In this document: positions 37,811 through 47,807 of the stretch, one piece after another
How positions within the stretch are numbered: the first letter of the stretch is position 1
How the letters are laid out: each line of letters begins with the position of its first letter
NCBI GenBank assembly: GCA_035389045.1
Contig: DAOORA010000031.1
Location: 1 to 47,807 of the forward strand
DNA: 47,807 nucleotides
Source: Bacteroidales bacterium
Lineage (GTDB): Bacteria > Bacteroidota > Bacteroidia > Bacteroidales > CAIWKO01
Direction of reading: 5' to 3'
The notes under the pieces: generated by a model
Databases searched by the model: none
Told to the model about the DNA's origin: nothing
Seen by the model: the letters and a program-made list of their open reading frames with translations, nothing else
Program-made: the position numbers and the translations under genes

Positions 37811-38932
37811 TTACCTTTCTGACAGATAATTTTTGATAACAGTTGCTGCCCTTGCAGAAGCTCCGGCATCACCAAGTTTGTTCCTTAAAAAGGAATAATC
37901 TTCTTTCAGCTTGCTGATATATGCGGTGTCGTAAAGGAGTATACGTATTTTTTCGATAAGGTTTGTGCTGGTCAGGTCTGACTGAATTAGTTCTGTTACT
38001 ACTTTTTTATCCATAATCAGGTTTACCAGCGAAATGTATCTGACCTTTATGACCAGCCGTGCGATCAGATACGACAACCATGAACCTTTGTAACATACCA
38101 CCTGGGGCACATCAAAAAGGGCCGTTTCTAAGGTTGCAGTGCCCGATGTCACCAGTGCGGCATCGGCATTCATCAGCAGGTCATATGTCTTGTTGTAAAC
38201 TATTTTTACATTTTTTTCCTTGATCAAGCCTGAATAATAATCCGGACTGATGGAAGGAGCGCCGGCAATAACAAACTGAACCCCGCTGAAACTTTCGCAT
38301 ACTGAAATCATTATTTTAAGCATGCGTGATATTTCCTGTTTACGACTTCCGGGCAGCAGGGCAACGATAGGTTTTTCGCAGAGTTTGCATGCGCTTGGGA
38401 AATTCAGAAATGAATTATTCTTTTTGTAGTTTTCAACCGCATCGAGCAGGGGATGTCCGACAAAATCCGCCTCGTAATCATATCGTTTATAAAAATCTTT
38501 TTCAAACGGCAATATCACCATCATTTTGTCGACGGACTTTTTAATCTTATAAACGCGTGATTGCTTCCATGCCCATATCTGCGGTGATATATAATAGATT
38601 ACCCTGTATCCTTTTTGACGGGCGAAGGAGGCAATCTTCAGGTTAAAGCCCGGATAATCAACAAGGATGAGCACATCAGGATGAAATGTTTCAATATCTT
38701 TTTTGCATAAGCTCAGATTTCTGAGAATGGTCCGGAGGTTTAACACTACCTCTGCAAATCCCATAAAAGAAATTTCACTGATATGTTTCACTAGATGAGC
38801 GCCGGCGGTTTTCATGAGGTCTCCGCCCCAGCCACGATATTCAGCTTCGGAATCATTTTTAGTGATTTCGGTCATCAGGTTAGAGGCGTGCAGGTCTCCC
38901 GATGCTTCACCGGCAATGATGTAGTATTTCAT
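37811..38932 (-). CDS. lpxB: Lipid-A-disaccharide synthase
   Basis: IAGEASGDLH, VDYPGFN, SPQIWAW, VGHPL, LLPGSR and SGTATLE motifs. Confidence 0.96.
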   Translation of the reverse strand: MKYYIIAGEASGDLHASNLMTEITKNDSEAEYRGWGGDLMKTAGAHLVKHISEISFMGFAEVVLNLRTILRNLSLCKKDIETFHPDVLILVDYPGFNLKIASFARQKGYRVIYYISPQIWAWKQSRVYKIKKSVDKMMVILPFEKDFYKRYDYEADFVGHPLLDAVENYKKNNSFLNFPSACKLCEKPIVALLPGSRKQEISRMLKIMISVCESFSGVQFVIAGAPSISPDYYSGLIKEKNVKIVYNKTYDLLMNADAALVTSGTATLETALFDVPQVVCYKGSWLSYLIARLVIKVRYISLVNLIMDKKVVTELIQSDLTSTNLIEKIRILLYDTAYISKLKEDYSFLRNKLGDAGASARAATVIKNYLSER

Positions 38933-39714
38933 ACGTTTAAATTTGTAGTATCAGCCGATCTTCTGAAAAATTCAGCACAAATGATAGCGGCGGCAGCGGA
39001 GGCGTTCAGCGATTCGGCATGCGGGCCGGAGCCTATTCCCGAGGGTATGAACAAGCGCTTTTTAACCAATGCTTCAATTTTCTGTGTAATGCCGTTGGCT
39101 TCGTTGCCGATTATTAAAAAACCATGAGGTTCGAGTGGCACTTCAAAGATGTTGTTTCCGCTCAGAAATGCTCCGTAAATCGGAGTGTTGCCGGCACTCT
39201 GCGGCAGAATTTGCTCCAGGTCACCATAATATATACTCACTCTGGCCAGAGAACCCATAGTGGCCTGTACACATTTAGGATTGAATGCGTCGACAGACGA
39301 ATCGGAACACAGGATGTACCTGTAGCCGAACCAGTCTGCAATTCTGATAATGGTTCCCAGGTTTCCGGGATCGCGGATATTATCAAGAGTGATCACAAGT
39401 GACCGGTCAGCGATATACGCGCTGAACTTCGATTCAGGAATAACTACTGTGGCGAGCACCTGGTTGGGAGTGGTAAGCAGACTTATGCCGGCCAGTTCTT
39501 TTTCTGTAACACGATGTGCCTCAGCAATTTTACTGATCAGGTCGGTATTCGCCTCCATCCATGGTCCGGTTGCAAACAACTGGTCAATTATAAGCTTGCT
39601 GTTTGCAATATCTCTTACGATTTTTGGCCCTTCTGCAATAAATCTGGCGTGTATTTCCCTGAATTTTTTTGCATGCAGGGACTTGACATATTTAGCGGTG
39701 TTTTTTGTCAACAT
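38929..39714 (-). CDS. TrmH/SpoU family RNA methyltransferase
   Basis: DPGNLGTIIR, GNEANG and ESLNAS SPOUT motifs. Confidence 0.92.
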   Translation of the reverse strand: MLTKNTAKYVKSLHAKKFREIHARFIAEGPKIVRDIANSKLIIDQLFATGPWMEANTDLISKIAEAHRVTEKELAGISLLTTPNQVLATVVIPESKFSAYIADRSLVITLDNIRDPGNLGTIIRIADWFGYRYILCSDSSVDAFNPKCVQATMGSLARVSIYYGDLEQILPQSAGNTPIYGAFLSGNNIFEVPLEPHGFLIIGNEANGITQKIEALVKKRLFIPSGIGSGPHAESLNASAAAAIICAEFFRRSADTTNLNV

Positions 39715-39729
39715 GTTTCAGGCAAAAAT

Positions 39730-39766
39730 AAAAAGAAATCCCGACATGAAGCCGGGATTTCTTTTT
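39730..39766. terminator. Intrinsic terminator after rplI
   Basis: AAAAAGAAATCCCG / CGGGATTTCTTTTT stem. Confidence 0.82.
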
Positions 39767-39791
39767 AATAACCATTCAAAAAAATATTTGC

Positions 39792-40241
39792 TTATTCGGC
39801 TATAACTTCAAATTTGATATCTACTTTAATATCCTTGTATATATTAATTTTGGCCGAATATGTTCCGAGTTCTTTAACGCTTTCACCGTCCACTGTAATT
39901 TTTTTACGGTCTATATCATAATTAAACTGAGTTTTAATAGCATCGGCAATTTGTATGGCGTTTACCGAGCCGAATATTTTTCCGGAGGTTCCTGCTTTAG
40001 CACCCACTTTCACTGTAATATTTTCGAGCGCCCTGGCAAGGGTTTCGGATTCTTTGCGTATTTTTTCTTCTTTAAAAGCTTTTTGTTTTATCATTTCAGT
40101 GTGTTCTTTTTCAGAAGAAGGGGTAAGCATCATGGCAAAACCTTTTGGAATAAGATAATTCCGGGCATAACCATTTTTTACCTTTACTGTTTCGTTGGCA
40201 TAACCTAAGTTGGGGACATCTTGTTTTAAAATCACTTTCAT
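39792..40241 (-). CDS. rplI: 50S ribosomal protein bL9
   Basis: MKVILKQDV..LG...VKNGYARNYLIP; KIFGSV. Confidence 0.98.
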   Translation of the reverse strand: MKVILKQDVPNLGYANETVKVKNGYARNYLIPKGFAMMLTPSSEKEHTEMIKQKAFKEEKIRKESETLARALENITVKVGAKAGTSGKIFGSVNAIQIADAIKTQFNYDIDRKKITVDGESVKELGTYSAKINIYKDIKVDIKFEVIAE

Positions 40242-40254
40242 ATTATTTTCCTCC

Positions 40255-40524
40255 TTATTTTAATAAATCGGCAACATAAGGTAATAAAGCCAAATGACGC
40301 GCTCTTTTAATTGCTTTGGCGAGTTTTCGCTGGTATTTTAAAGATGTTCCTGTAAGCCGGCGCGGAAGTATCTTACCCTGCTCATTAATGAATTTCAATA
40401 AAAAATCCGCATCTTTATAATCGATGAATTTAATGCCGTGTTTTTTGAAACGGCAGTATTTTTTCTTTTTAACATCTACATTGATAGGAGTTAAATATCT
40501 GATTTCGCTATCGTTTTGTGCCAT
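40255..40524 (-). CDS. rpsR: 30S ribosomal protein bS18
   Basis: IDYKD...[10 protein letters not shown]...AIKRAR. Confidence 0.98.
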   Translation of the reverse strand: MAQNDSEIRYLTPINVDVKKKKYCRFKKHGIKFIDYKDADFLLKFINEQGKILPRRLTGTSLKYQRKLAKAIKRARHLALLPYVADLLK

Positions 40525-40554
40525 AATTTTTCAGGTTTGGGTTTTACAATAAGA

Positions 40555-40902
40555 TTAAACTTTTTCTTTGTTCATTTTTTCAGCACGTTTTCTTTCCCTG
40601 TATGCGACAGCATGTTTGTCAAGAGCAACGGTGAGAAAACGGATAAGCCTTTCGTCGCGTTTGAATGCAATTTCCAGATCGGCAATTACACCGGGCTCTG
40701 ATGTGAACTCGATCAGATGGTAAAACCCTGATGATTTTTTCTGAATGGGATAAGCAAGTTTGCGTAAACCCCAATTTTCCGATACCACAATTTCGGCCTT
40801 CTTTTCTGAAAGGAAATCATGGTATTTTTTTACCGCTTCCTTTACCTGATCTTCAGATAAAACGGGAGTTAAAATGAAAACGGTTTCATAATGTTTTGTC
40901 AT
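40555..40902 (-). CDS. rpsF: 30S ribosomal protein bS6
   Basis: YETVFILTP...[10 protein letters not shown]. Confidence 0.98.
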   Translation of the reverse strand: MTKHYETVFILTPVLSEDQVKEAVKKYHDFLSEKKAEIVVSENWGLRKLAYPIQKKSSGFYHLIEFTSEPGVIADLEIAFKRDERLIRFLTVALDKHAVAYRERKRAEKMNKEKV

Positions 40903-40956
40903 TTCCTTGATGGTTTAAAAATTATTAATTCAATTATATTCCCAATTTTGGGAGTG

Positions 40957-40964
40957 CAAAGATA
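40957..40964 (-). promoter_or_regulatory. -7 promoter element (TATCTTTG) for the rpsF operon
   Basis: TATCTTTGCA on the minus strand, followed by a 5' hairpin CTCCCAAAATTGGGAA. Confidence 0.75.
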
Positions 40965-41232
40965 AACAATATTTCGATTTCTGAAAGCTTTGTATAAATA
41001 ATTTATTTTAAGAATATGCCGAATATGCCGTGTGAGGCAAAAAGCCAAACTCTTTGATATGCTTGTTTCCAAAATGCTTTTCAGCAGGTTGATCACCACG
41101 AATATTTTACAGCAAACTCCTCTTTTGCATCTATGCAAGCTCCTGTATGAGCTTATTCCTTCTGCAAAAACGAGTTTTTCTGCAAACACCAAGTTTAGAT
41201 TTAATTTTCTTTTACACCATGCAGAAATAGTT

Positions 41233-41240
41233 TAATTTTG
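41233..41240 (+). promoter_or_regulatory. -7 promoter element (TAATTTTG) for secA
   Basis: TAnnTTTG 34 nt upstream of the ATG. Confidence 0.65.
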
Positions 41241-41274
41241 CCGATAATTCTAAAGTGTTATATAAAAAATTTAT

Positions 41275-44200
41275 ATGTCTAGTTTTTTAAAGTTTTTCTT
41301 AGGCACCAAATCCGACCGGGATATTAAAGGTTTGAGACCGGAAATGGAGCATATACATGCTGCTTATGAAACTATTTCTCAATTATCAAATGATGAGCTA
41401 AGAGCCAAAACCCTTGTGTTTCGTGAACAGATAAAAGAATTTATTGCCGGAGATGAGCAGGTGGTGGTATCACTGAAAGACAGTGCGGAAAATGATGAAG
41501 CACTTTCTGTTGACGAAAAAGAAAAAATCTACAGAGATATTGACCAGCTTGAAAAAAATATCTATGATAAAATTCAGGAAAAGCTGAATGAGATCCTTCC
41601 CGAAGCTTTTGCCGTGATGAAAGAAACAGCCAGAAGGTTCAAAGAAAATGAGCAGGTAGAGGTAGAGGCTACAGCTATGGATCGTGACCTTGCGGCAAAA
41701 TACGATAGTGTGAATATTGAAGGAAATAAAGCCTATTATGATACCTCATGGATGGCCGGTGGAAATATGATACGATGGGATATGGTGCATTATGATGTAC
41801 AGCTGATAGGAGGTATGGTGCTGCATCAGGGGAAAATTGCCGAAATGGCCACCGGTGAAGGAAAAACGCTTGTTGCAACCTTGCCGATCTACCTGAATGC
41901 ATTATCCGGAAAAGGCGTGCATATTGTCACGGTAAATGATTATCTGGCCAAACGTGACTCGGAATGGATGGGTATGTTGTTTTTGTTCCACGGACTCACC
42001 GTCGATTGCATCGACAGGCATGAACCCAACTCGGAAAACCGGAAAAAGGCATACCTGGCGGATATTACCTATGGCACCAACAATGAATTCGGGTTTGATT
42101 ACCTCAGGGATAATATGACCCGTTCGCCGGAAGAGCTTGTTCAGCGTCAGCATAACTATGCCATAGTGGATGAGGTTGACTCTGTCCTGATTGATGATGC
42201 CCGTACCCCTCTTATTATTTCAGGGCCTACACCTAAAGGTGAAAATCAGGAGTTTGAAGCGTTCAAACCTAATGTTCAAAAAGTGTACAATGCGCAGCGT
42301 AACCTGGTCACCAGTATTTTAGCCGAATCAAAAAAGCTATTGTCGCAGGAGCCGTTAAGCGCTGAAAATGAAAAAGAAGGAGGAAAATTACTTTTGCGGG
42401 CACATCACGGACTGCCCAAAAACAAAGCATTGATCAAGTTTCTCAGCGAACCCGGTATGCGCTCCCTGATGCAGAAGACGGAAAACTTCTATATGGCTGA
42501 ACAGAACAAACACATGCATATTATTGATGATGAACTGTTTTTTGTCATCGATGAGAAAAATAACTCTGTTGATCTTACCGAAAAAGGTGTTGACATTATT
42601 ACCTCGGGAACCGATGACCCCCGCTTTTTTATTCTGCCGGATATTGGCAGTGAAATAGCCGAACTGGAAAAGCAAAACCTTGCCGAGAGCGAAAGGCTGA
42701 AAAGAAAAAATGAATTACTGCAGGAATATGAACTTAAATCCGACAGGGTACATACGGTAACACAGCTGTTAAAAGCATATTCGCTCTTTGAGCTGGATGT
42801 GGACTATGTGATCATTGACAATAAAATAAAGATCGTTGATGAGCAGACTGGTCGTATCATGGAAGGACGGAGATGGTCGGATGGCCTGCACCAGGCCGTG
42901 GAAGCGAAAGAAAATGTAAAAATCGAAGCCGCCACGCAGACCTATGCCACCATCACCCTGCAGAACTACTTCCGTATGTATAAAAAACTGGCTGGTATGA
43001 CGGGTACTGCTGAGACTGAAGCGGGAGAGCTATGGAATATCTACAAATTGGATGTTGTTGTTGTTCCTACCAATAAACCGGTTATCAGAAAGGATTTTCA
43101 GGATTTGGTGTTTAAAACCAAAAGAGAAAAATATAATGCTGTTATAAAGGAAATCGAAGATCTGGTAAATAAGGGCCGTCCGGTGCTGGTGGGGACCACC
43201 TCGGTAGAAATTTCCGAGTTGCTGAGCAAGATGCTGAAACTCCGCAAGATCAGGCATAATGTACTGAATGCGAAACTTCATCAGAAAGAAGCTGATATCG
43301 TGGCAGAAGCCGGTTATGCAGGTACGGTTACCATTGCAACCAACATGGCCGGTCGTGGTACCGACATTAAGTTGGGGCCTGGAGTTAAAGAGGCCGGAGG
43401 CCTTGCCATTGTTGGTACTGAACGGCATGAGTCGAGGCGTGTCGACAGGCAGCTTCGCGGACGTGCGGGACGTCAGGGCGATCCCGGTACCTCCCAGTTC
43501 TTTGTTTCACTGGAAGATGACCTGATGAGAATGTTCGGGTCGGAACGCATTGCGCGCACTATGGACCGGATAGGCCTCAAGGAAGGCGAAGTGATCCAGC
43601 ATAGCATGATCACCAAATCCATTGAACGCGCCCAGAAAAAAGTCGAAGAAAATAACTTTGGAATACGTAAACGACTGCTTGAATACGATGATGTGATGAA
43701 CTCACAACGTGAAGTGGTTTATTCAAAAAGACGTCATGCCCTTTATGGCGACCGTTTGGCCATTGATATTGCCAACATGTTTTACGATGTGAGTGAATAT
43801 ATTGTCAATGAGCACCAGGAACAACGTGATTATGAGGGCTTTAAGATTGATTTGCTGCGAAATTTCGGCATTGAATCTCCTTTTGATGAAAAGGGTTTCT
43901 TTTCGACCAATGCAGAAAAAATGACGGATGAGTTATACGAACTGGCCTATAAAACCTATCGGCATAAAGCTGAAATCATTGCCACCGAATCTTATCCGAT
44001 CATTAAGGATGTTTATGAAAACAACCCGAAACGGTATGAGAATATTGCTATCCCGATTACCGACGGAACCAAAATGATACAGGTGGTTGCCAATCTGCGC
44101 CGCTCTTATGAAAATAAAGGTAAGGATGTTACCCTGGCCATTGAAAAGGGCATTTCGCTTGCCATTATTGATGATGCATGGAAAGATCATCTGAGGGAAA

Positions 44201-44574
44201 TGGACGACCTGAAACAGTCTGTCCAGAGCGCCACTTATGAACAAAAGGATCCTTTACTGATCTATAAATTCGAATCGTTTCAGTTGTTTAAAAAAATGGT
44301 ACAGAAAGTCAATAAAGAAATTGTATCATTTTTGGTCAAAGGCAATTTGCCTTTCAGAAATGCTGAAAATGTGCAGGAAGCCCGGCAAAGCAAGACGGAT
44401 ATGAGCAACCTTAAAGCCGGACGCGACGAAGGTATGGAACAGGCACGAAATCAAAGGACTTCGGAGGTACAAAGAACAGAACCCGTAAAAGCAGAGAAAA
44501 AAGTGGGAAGGAACGATCCCTGCCCCTGCGGAAGCGGTAAAAAATATAAGAGTTGTCATGGTGTGGGGCAATGA
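41275..44574 (+). CDS. secA: Preprotein translocase ATPase SecA
   Basis: [50 protein letters not shown] motifs and C-terminal SEC-C ([19 protein letters not shown]). Confidence 0.98.
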   Translation: MSSFLKFFLGTKSDRDIKGLRPEMEHIHAAYETISQLSNDELRAKTLVFREQIKEFIAGDEQVVVSLKDSAENDEALSVDEKEKIYRDIDQLEKNIYDKIQEKLNEILPEAFAVMKETARRFKENEQVEVEATAMDRDLAAKYDSVNIEGNKAYYDTSWMAGGNMIRWDMVHYDVQLIGGMVLHQGKIAEMATGEGKTLVATLPIYLNALSGKGVHIVTVNDYLAKRDSEWMGMLFLFHGLTVDCIDRHEPNSENRKKAYLADITYGTNNEFGFDYLRDNMTRSPEELVQRQHNYAIVDEVDSVLIDDARTPLIISGPTPKGENQEFEAFKPNVQKVYNAQRNLVTSILAESKKLLSQEPLSAENEKEGGKLLLRAHHGLPKNKALIKFLSEPGMRSLMQKTENFYMAEQNKHMHIIDDELFFVIDEKNNSVDLTEKGVDIITSGTDDPRFFILPDIGSEIAELEKQNLAESERLKRKNELLQEYELKSDRVHTVTQLLKAYSLFELDVDYVIIDNKIKIVDEQTGRIMEGRRWSDGLHQAVEAKENVKIEAATQTYATITLQNYFRMYKKLAGMTGTAETEAGELWNIYKLDVVVVPTNKPVIRKDFQDLVFKTKREKYNAVIKEIEDLVNKGRPVLVGTTSVEISELLSKMLKLRKIRHNVLNAKLHQKEADIVAEAGYAGTVTIATNMAGRGTDIKLGPGVKEAGGLAIVGTERHESRRVDRQLRGRAGRQGDPGTSQFFVSLEDDLMRMFGSERIARTMDRIGLKEGEVIQHSMITKSIERAQKKVEENNFGIRKRLLEYDDVMNSQREVVYSKRRHALYGDRLAIDIANMFYDVSEYIVNEHQEQRDYEGFKIDLLRNFGIESPFDEKGFFSTNAEKMTDELYELAYKTYRHKAEIIATESYPIIKDVYENNPKRYENIAIPITDGTKMIQVVANLRRSYENKGKDVTLAIEKGISLAIIDDAWKDHLREMDDLKQSVQSATYEQKDPLLIYKFESFQLFKKMVQKVNKEIVSFLVKGNLPFRNAENVQEARQSKTDMSNLKAGRDEGMEQARNQRTSEVQRTEPVKAEKKVGRNDPCPCGSGKKYKSCHGVGQ

Positions 44575-44703
44575 TAATTAGTTGTGAACATTGAGATATC
44601 GTAGCCTTAAGCATTTAATATTAAGAATTAATATACGTAAAAAGTACTTATTATCATTCCGTAATAGCGGATTTGTTAAACCGGGCATTAATATAAAAAA
44701 CAG

Positions 44704-45678
44704 ATGCGGAAATATATTGTAGTTACGGGTGCAGCGGGGTTTATCGGGAGTTGTATGGTGGGAAAGCTCAATAACAAAGGTATAAAAGATATCGTTATTG
44801 TGGACGATTTTCACAAAGGGTACAAACTCGATAACATCAACAGAAAAGCCTATTCCTTGCATATACAGCGGGATGTCTTTTTTGAATGGTTCCGTGAGAA
44901 TCATAAAGAGGTGGAATTTGTCTATCATTTGGGGGCACGTACCGATACCACTGAATTTAATATCACTATCTTTAATGAGCTTAACCTGAATTACAGTAAA
45001 ACCATGTGGCAGTTATGTACAGAGTTCGGAATACCCCTGCTTTTTGCATCCTCTGCGGCTACTTATGGTATGGGGGAATACGGTTACCTGGATGATGATA
45101 ACCTGATCCCTTTACTGAAGCCACTCAACCCTTACGGAGAATCGAAAAATGAATTCGACAAATGGGTGATTGAACAAACCAGTACACCACCTTTCTGGGC
45201 AGGACTTAAATTTTTCAATGTTTACGGGCCTAATGAGTACCATAAAAGCCGAATGGCATCCGTTGTGTTTCATACGTTCAACCAGATCAACGAAACAGGA
45301 CGCATGCAGTTGTTTCGTTCCCATAATCCTAATTTTGCTGATGGCAAGCAAATGAGGGATTTCATCTATGTGAAGGATGTGGTGAAGGTCTGCCTGTTTT
45401 TTTATCTTAACCAGAAAAACCCGGGAATTTATAACCTGGGAACCGGAGAAGCACGCACGTTCTGGGATTTGGCTACCAATACCTTTAAATCAATGCATGT
45501 AAGCCCGAAAATTGATTTTATTGACACCCCGCTTGATATCCGTGACAAATACCAGTATTTTACGGAAGCCAAGATGAATAAATTAATAGCAGCAGGATAC
45601 GATCTGGGCTTTGTTTCCCTGGAAGAAGGAATTGAAGATTATGTGCAATCCTATCTTTTGAATAAGCAGTTTTATTAA
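44704..45678 (+). CDS. rfaD: ADP-L-glycero-D-manno-heptose 6-epimerase
   Basis: GAAGFIG, ASSAATYG, PLNPYGESK, FNVYGPNEYHKSRMAS and YQYFTEA motifs. Confidence 0.92.
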   Translation: MRKYIVVTGAAGFIGSCMVGKLNNKGIKDIVIVDDFHKGYKLDNINRKAYSLHIQRDVFFEWFRENHKEVEFVYHLGARTDTTEFNITIFNELNLNYSKTMWQLCTEFGIPLLFASSAATYGMGEYGYLDDDNLIPLLKPLNPYGESKNEFDKWVIEQTSTPPFWAGLKFFNVYGPNEYHKSRMASVVFHTFNQINETGRMQLFRSHNPNFADGKQMRDFIYVKDVVKVCLFFYLNQKNPGIYNLGTGEARTFWDLATNTFKSMHVSPKIDFIDTPLDIRDKYQYFTEAKMNKLIAAGYDLGFVSLEEGIEDYVQSYLLNKQFY

Positions 45679-45832
45679 AATTGCACTGTCTTACTTAGAT
45701 TAAATCTAAAATACTGCCGGAATGTTTTCTTTATTTTTTCTGTACGCTATACTGTATAGGGTTTTTTATGGATGTAACGGGGGTCAACATTTTTGTTTAT
45801 TGATAAATTCATTTTAACATTATTTAAATTAG

Positions 45833-45840
45833 TAAGTTTG
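45833..45840 (+). promoter_or_regulatory. -7 promoter element (TAAGTTTG) for pckA
   Basis: TAAGTTTGCA 46 nt upstream of the ATG. Confidence 0.65.
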
Positions 45841-45886
45841 CACAAAATTTCAATAAACCAAATACAAACTTTAAATTATTATAATT

Positions 45887-47527
45887 ATGTCATGTAATTG
45901 TTCAAAGGCTGCCAAGCCCGATCTTAGCCTATACGGGATCGAAAATGTTCAGGAAGTATATCATAATTTGTCTTACGATGAATTATTCGTTCACGAAACA
46001 GATGAAAAACTGGAGGGTTATGATAGGGGTTTTGTAACCGATACAGGCGCTGTTAATGTTGATACGGGTATTTTTACCGGACGTTCACCCAAAGATAAGT
46101 ACATTGTCAGGGAATCTGAAAATGAAGGTAATGTTTGGTGGGCCAGCCCTGAACGTAAGGGTTCGGATAATAAACCCATCTCCGAAGCGACATGGGAGCA
46201 CATGAAAGGTATTGCTAAAAAACAGTTGAACGGAAAAAAGCTTTATGTCAGTGATGCTTTTTGTGGTTCAAATCCAAATACACGTATAAAGATCAGGGTA
46301 ATAACCGAGGTGGCCTGGGCTTCGCATTTTGTAAAAAATATGTTCATACGTCCGAGCGAAGAAGAATTGAAGGATTTTACCCCGGATTTTGTTGTGTATC
46401 ATGCCTGTAAGGCTACTAATCCGCAATGGAAAGAGCAGGGGCTCAACAGCGAAGTATTCGTTGCTTTCAATCTGAAAGAACGCATGGCCGTGATCGGTGG
46501 CACCTGGTATGGGGGAGAAATAAAAAAGGGGTTCTTCTCCGTGATGAACTATTTTCTGCCACTTAAAGGTATTGCCTCTATGCACTGCTCTGCCAATATG
46601 GGAAAAGACGGCGATACGGCTATTTTCTTCGGCTTGTCGGGAACCGGAAAAACAACACTCTCTGCCGACCCCAAACGTTTTCTGATCGGAGACGATGAAC
46701 ATGGCTGGGATGAAGAAGGAATCTTTAACTTTGAGGGTGGCTGCTATGCTAAATGCATCAACCTCAGCAAAGAAAACGAACCGGATATCTACAATGCCAT
46801 CAAGCGGGACGCACTGCTCGAAAACATTGTATATGACAATGAAACCGGTGTCATTGATTTTAAAAGCAATGCAAAGACCGAAAACACCCGTGTTTCCTAT
46901 CCGATATATTTTATAAACAACATCGTAAAGCCTGTTTCCAAAGGCCCGCATCCAAAAAACATAATTTTTCTTACGGCCGATGCTTTTGGTGTTCTTCCTC
47001 CTGTTGCAAAACTGACCTATGATCAGACCATGTATCATTTTTTAAGCGGGTATACCGCTAAAGTAGCCGGTACCGAGCGCGGGATCAAAGAACCCACACC
47101 TACTTTTTCTTCTTGTTTCGGAGCTGCTTTCCTGTTGTTGCATCCCACAAAATATGCACAGGAACTGGCAAAAAAAATGAAGGAACACGGCTCATCAGCC
47201 TACCTGGTCAATACCGGGTGGATAGAAGGTCCTTACGGAGTAGGCCGAAGAATAGATATCCCCTCAACACGTGCCATCATCGATGCCATTCTTGATGGTA
47301 CGCTTGTTAATGCGGAATACGAAGAATTACCCGTTTTCGGATTGATGATCCCGAAGTCAGTTAACGGAGTTAACTCCAAAATCCTGAACCCGAGAAATAT
47401 CTGGGCGGATCCCGAAGCGTGGGATGCTGCAGCAAAAAACCTGGGCGAAAAATTTATTAAAAACTTCAACAGTTTTACGGATAACGAAGAGGGTAAACGC
47501 CTGGTGGCAGCCGGCCCGAGAATTTAA
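45887..47527 (+). CDS. pckA: Phosphoenolpyruvate carboxykinase (ATP)
   Basis: [39 protein letters not shown] and TENTR motifs. Confidence 0.97.
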   Translation: MSCNCSKAAKPDLSLYGIENVQEVYHNLSYDELFVHETDEKLEGYDRGFVTDTGAVNVDTGIFTGRSPKDKYIVRESENEGNVWWASPERKGSDNKPISEATWEHMKGIAKKQLNGKKLYVSDAFCGSNPNTRIKIRVITEVAWASHFVKNMFIRPSEEELKDFTPDFVVYHACKATNPQWKEQGLNSEVFVAFNLKERMAVIGGTWYGGEIKKGFFSVMNYFLPLKGIASMHCSANMGKDGDTAIFFGLSGTGKTTLSADPKRFLIGDDEHGWDEEGIFNFEGGCYAKCINLSKENEPDIYNAIKRDALLENIVYDNETGVIDFKSNAKTENTRVSYPIYFINNIVKPVSKGPHPKNIIFLTADAFGVLPPVAKLTYDQTMYHFLSGYTAKVAGTERGIKEPTPTFSSCFGAAFLLLHPTKYAQELAKKMKEHGSSAYLVNTGWIEGPYGVGRRIDIPSTRAIIDAILDGTLVNAEYEELPVFGLMIPKSVNGVNSKILNPRNIWADPEAWDAAAKNLGEKFIKNFNSFTDNEEGKRLVAAGPRI

Positions 47528-47556
47528 TCACGATATAGCCTCTTGAAGGCTTGTCT

Positions 47557-47716
47557 TATCTTTGCTAATAATTATAAGTCCGGATATGACGATATATACC
47601 GGACAATATCAAACTTTTGCCTGGCATCCGGACGGAAACACATCGTTTGAACCCGATAGTTCAGTTTTGAGACCGTCCCGGATAAGTACGGCAGGCTTGT
47701 GAAGCAGAAAAGGCCT
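47557..47716 (+). ncRNA. Candidate structured RNA or 5' leader with its own promoter
   Basis: TATCTTTG box at 47557-47564; hairpin GTCCGG...CCGGAC (47578-47604); nested stem GCCTG/CAGGC, TCCGGACGG/CCGTCCCGGA and TGAAC/GTTCA (47619-47696). Confidence 0.35.
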
Positions 47717-47807
47717 ATGAATATTTCTGTTAAATAATTTTGTTTTATGAAAAAGCACTATATTTTTAGTGGTGTCAAAATATTACATATCTATCAGTAC
47801 TATCGGA

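Noticed and set aside
40255..40524. bS18 lacking a full Zn-ribbon
   Set aside because: The Cys-poor form is, as far as I know, normal for Bacteroidota bS18 in the rpsF-rpsR-rplI operon.
41032..41235. 67-aa ORF upstream of secA as a SecM-like monitor
   Set aside because: GTG start, no clear signal peptide or arrest motif, and secA has its own promoter box at the end of this ORF.
46268..47038. 256-aa antisense ORF in pckA
   Set aside because: Lies entirely inside a conserved gene on the opposite strand and has no recognisable motifs.

Overview
A mostly core-genome, AT-rich segment of a Bacteroidota (probably anaerobic Bacteroidales) chromosome. The assignment rests on recurrent TAnnTTTG -7 promoter boxes, a T9SS cargo protein and an ExbB-ExbD-ExbD-TonB operon. 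From left to right it holds: an 8-bp tandem repeat at the window edge; an atypical ACP; a TMTC-like (GT-C + TPR) protein; divergent FabF and 3-hydroxyacyl-CoA dehydrogenase genes; NifU and Mrp; tRNA-Ser(GGA); a small-membrane-protein/PstS-like/TPR/ExbBDD-TonB module; a coiled-coil lipoprotein; a T9SS cargo; sufC-D-S-E-T with no sufB; DUF349; a patatin; methionine gamma-lyase; a second TMTC-like gene; NamZ; a LolC/E-like permease; a MerR-type regulator; ppdK; DUF4476; TetR; a stand-alone lysine-ketoglutarate reductase-like enzyme; lpxB; a TrmH methyltransferase; rpsF-rpsR-rplI; secA; rfaD; and pckA. I found no transposase, integrase, CRISPR array or clear defence system. The best leads are the specialised acyl-chain locus, the short-period repeats with a GC hairpin, several candidate cis-regulatory RNAs (after pckA, DUF349 leader), the sufB-less SUF operon and strong Shine-Dalgarno sites on a few genes. 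All product calls come from motif recognition by eye; no searches were run.
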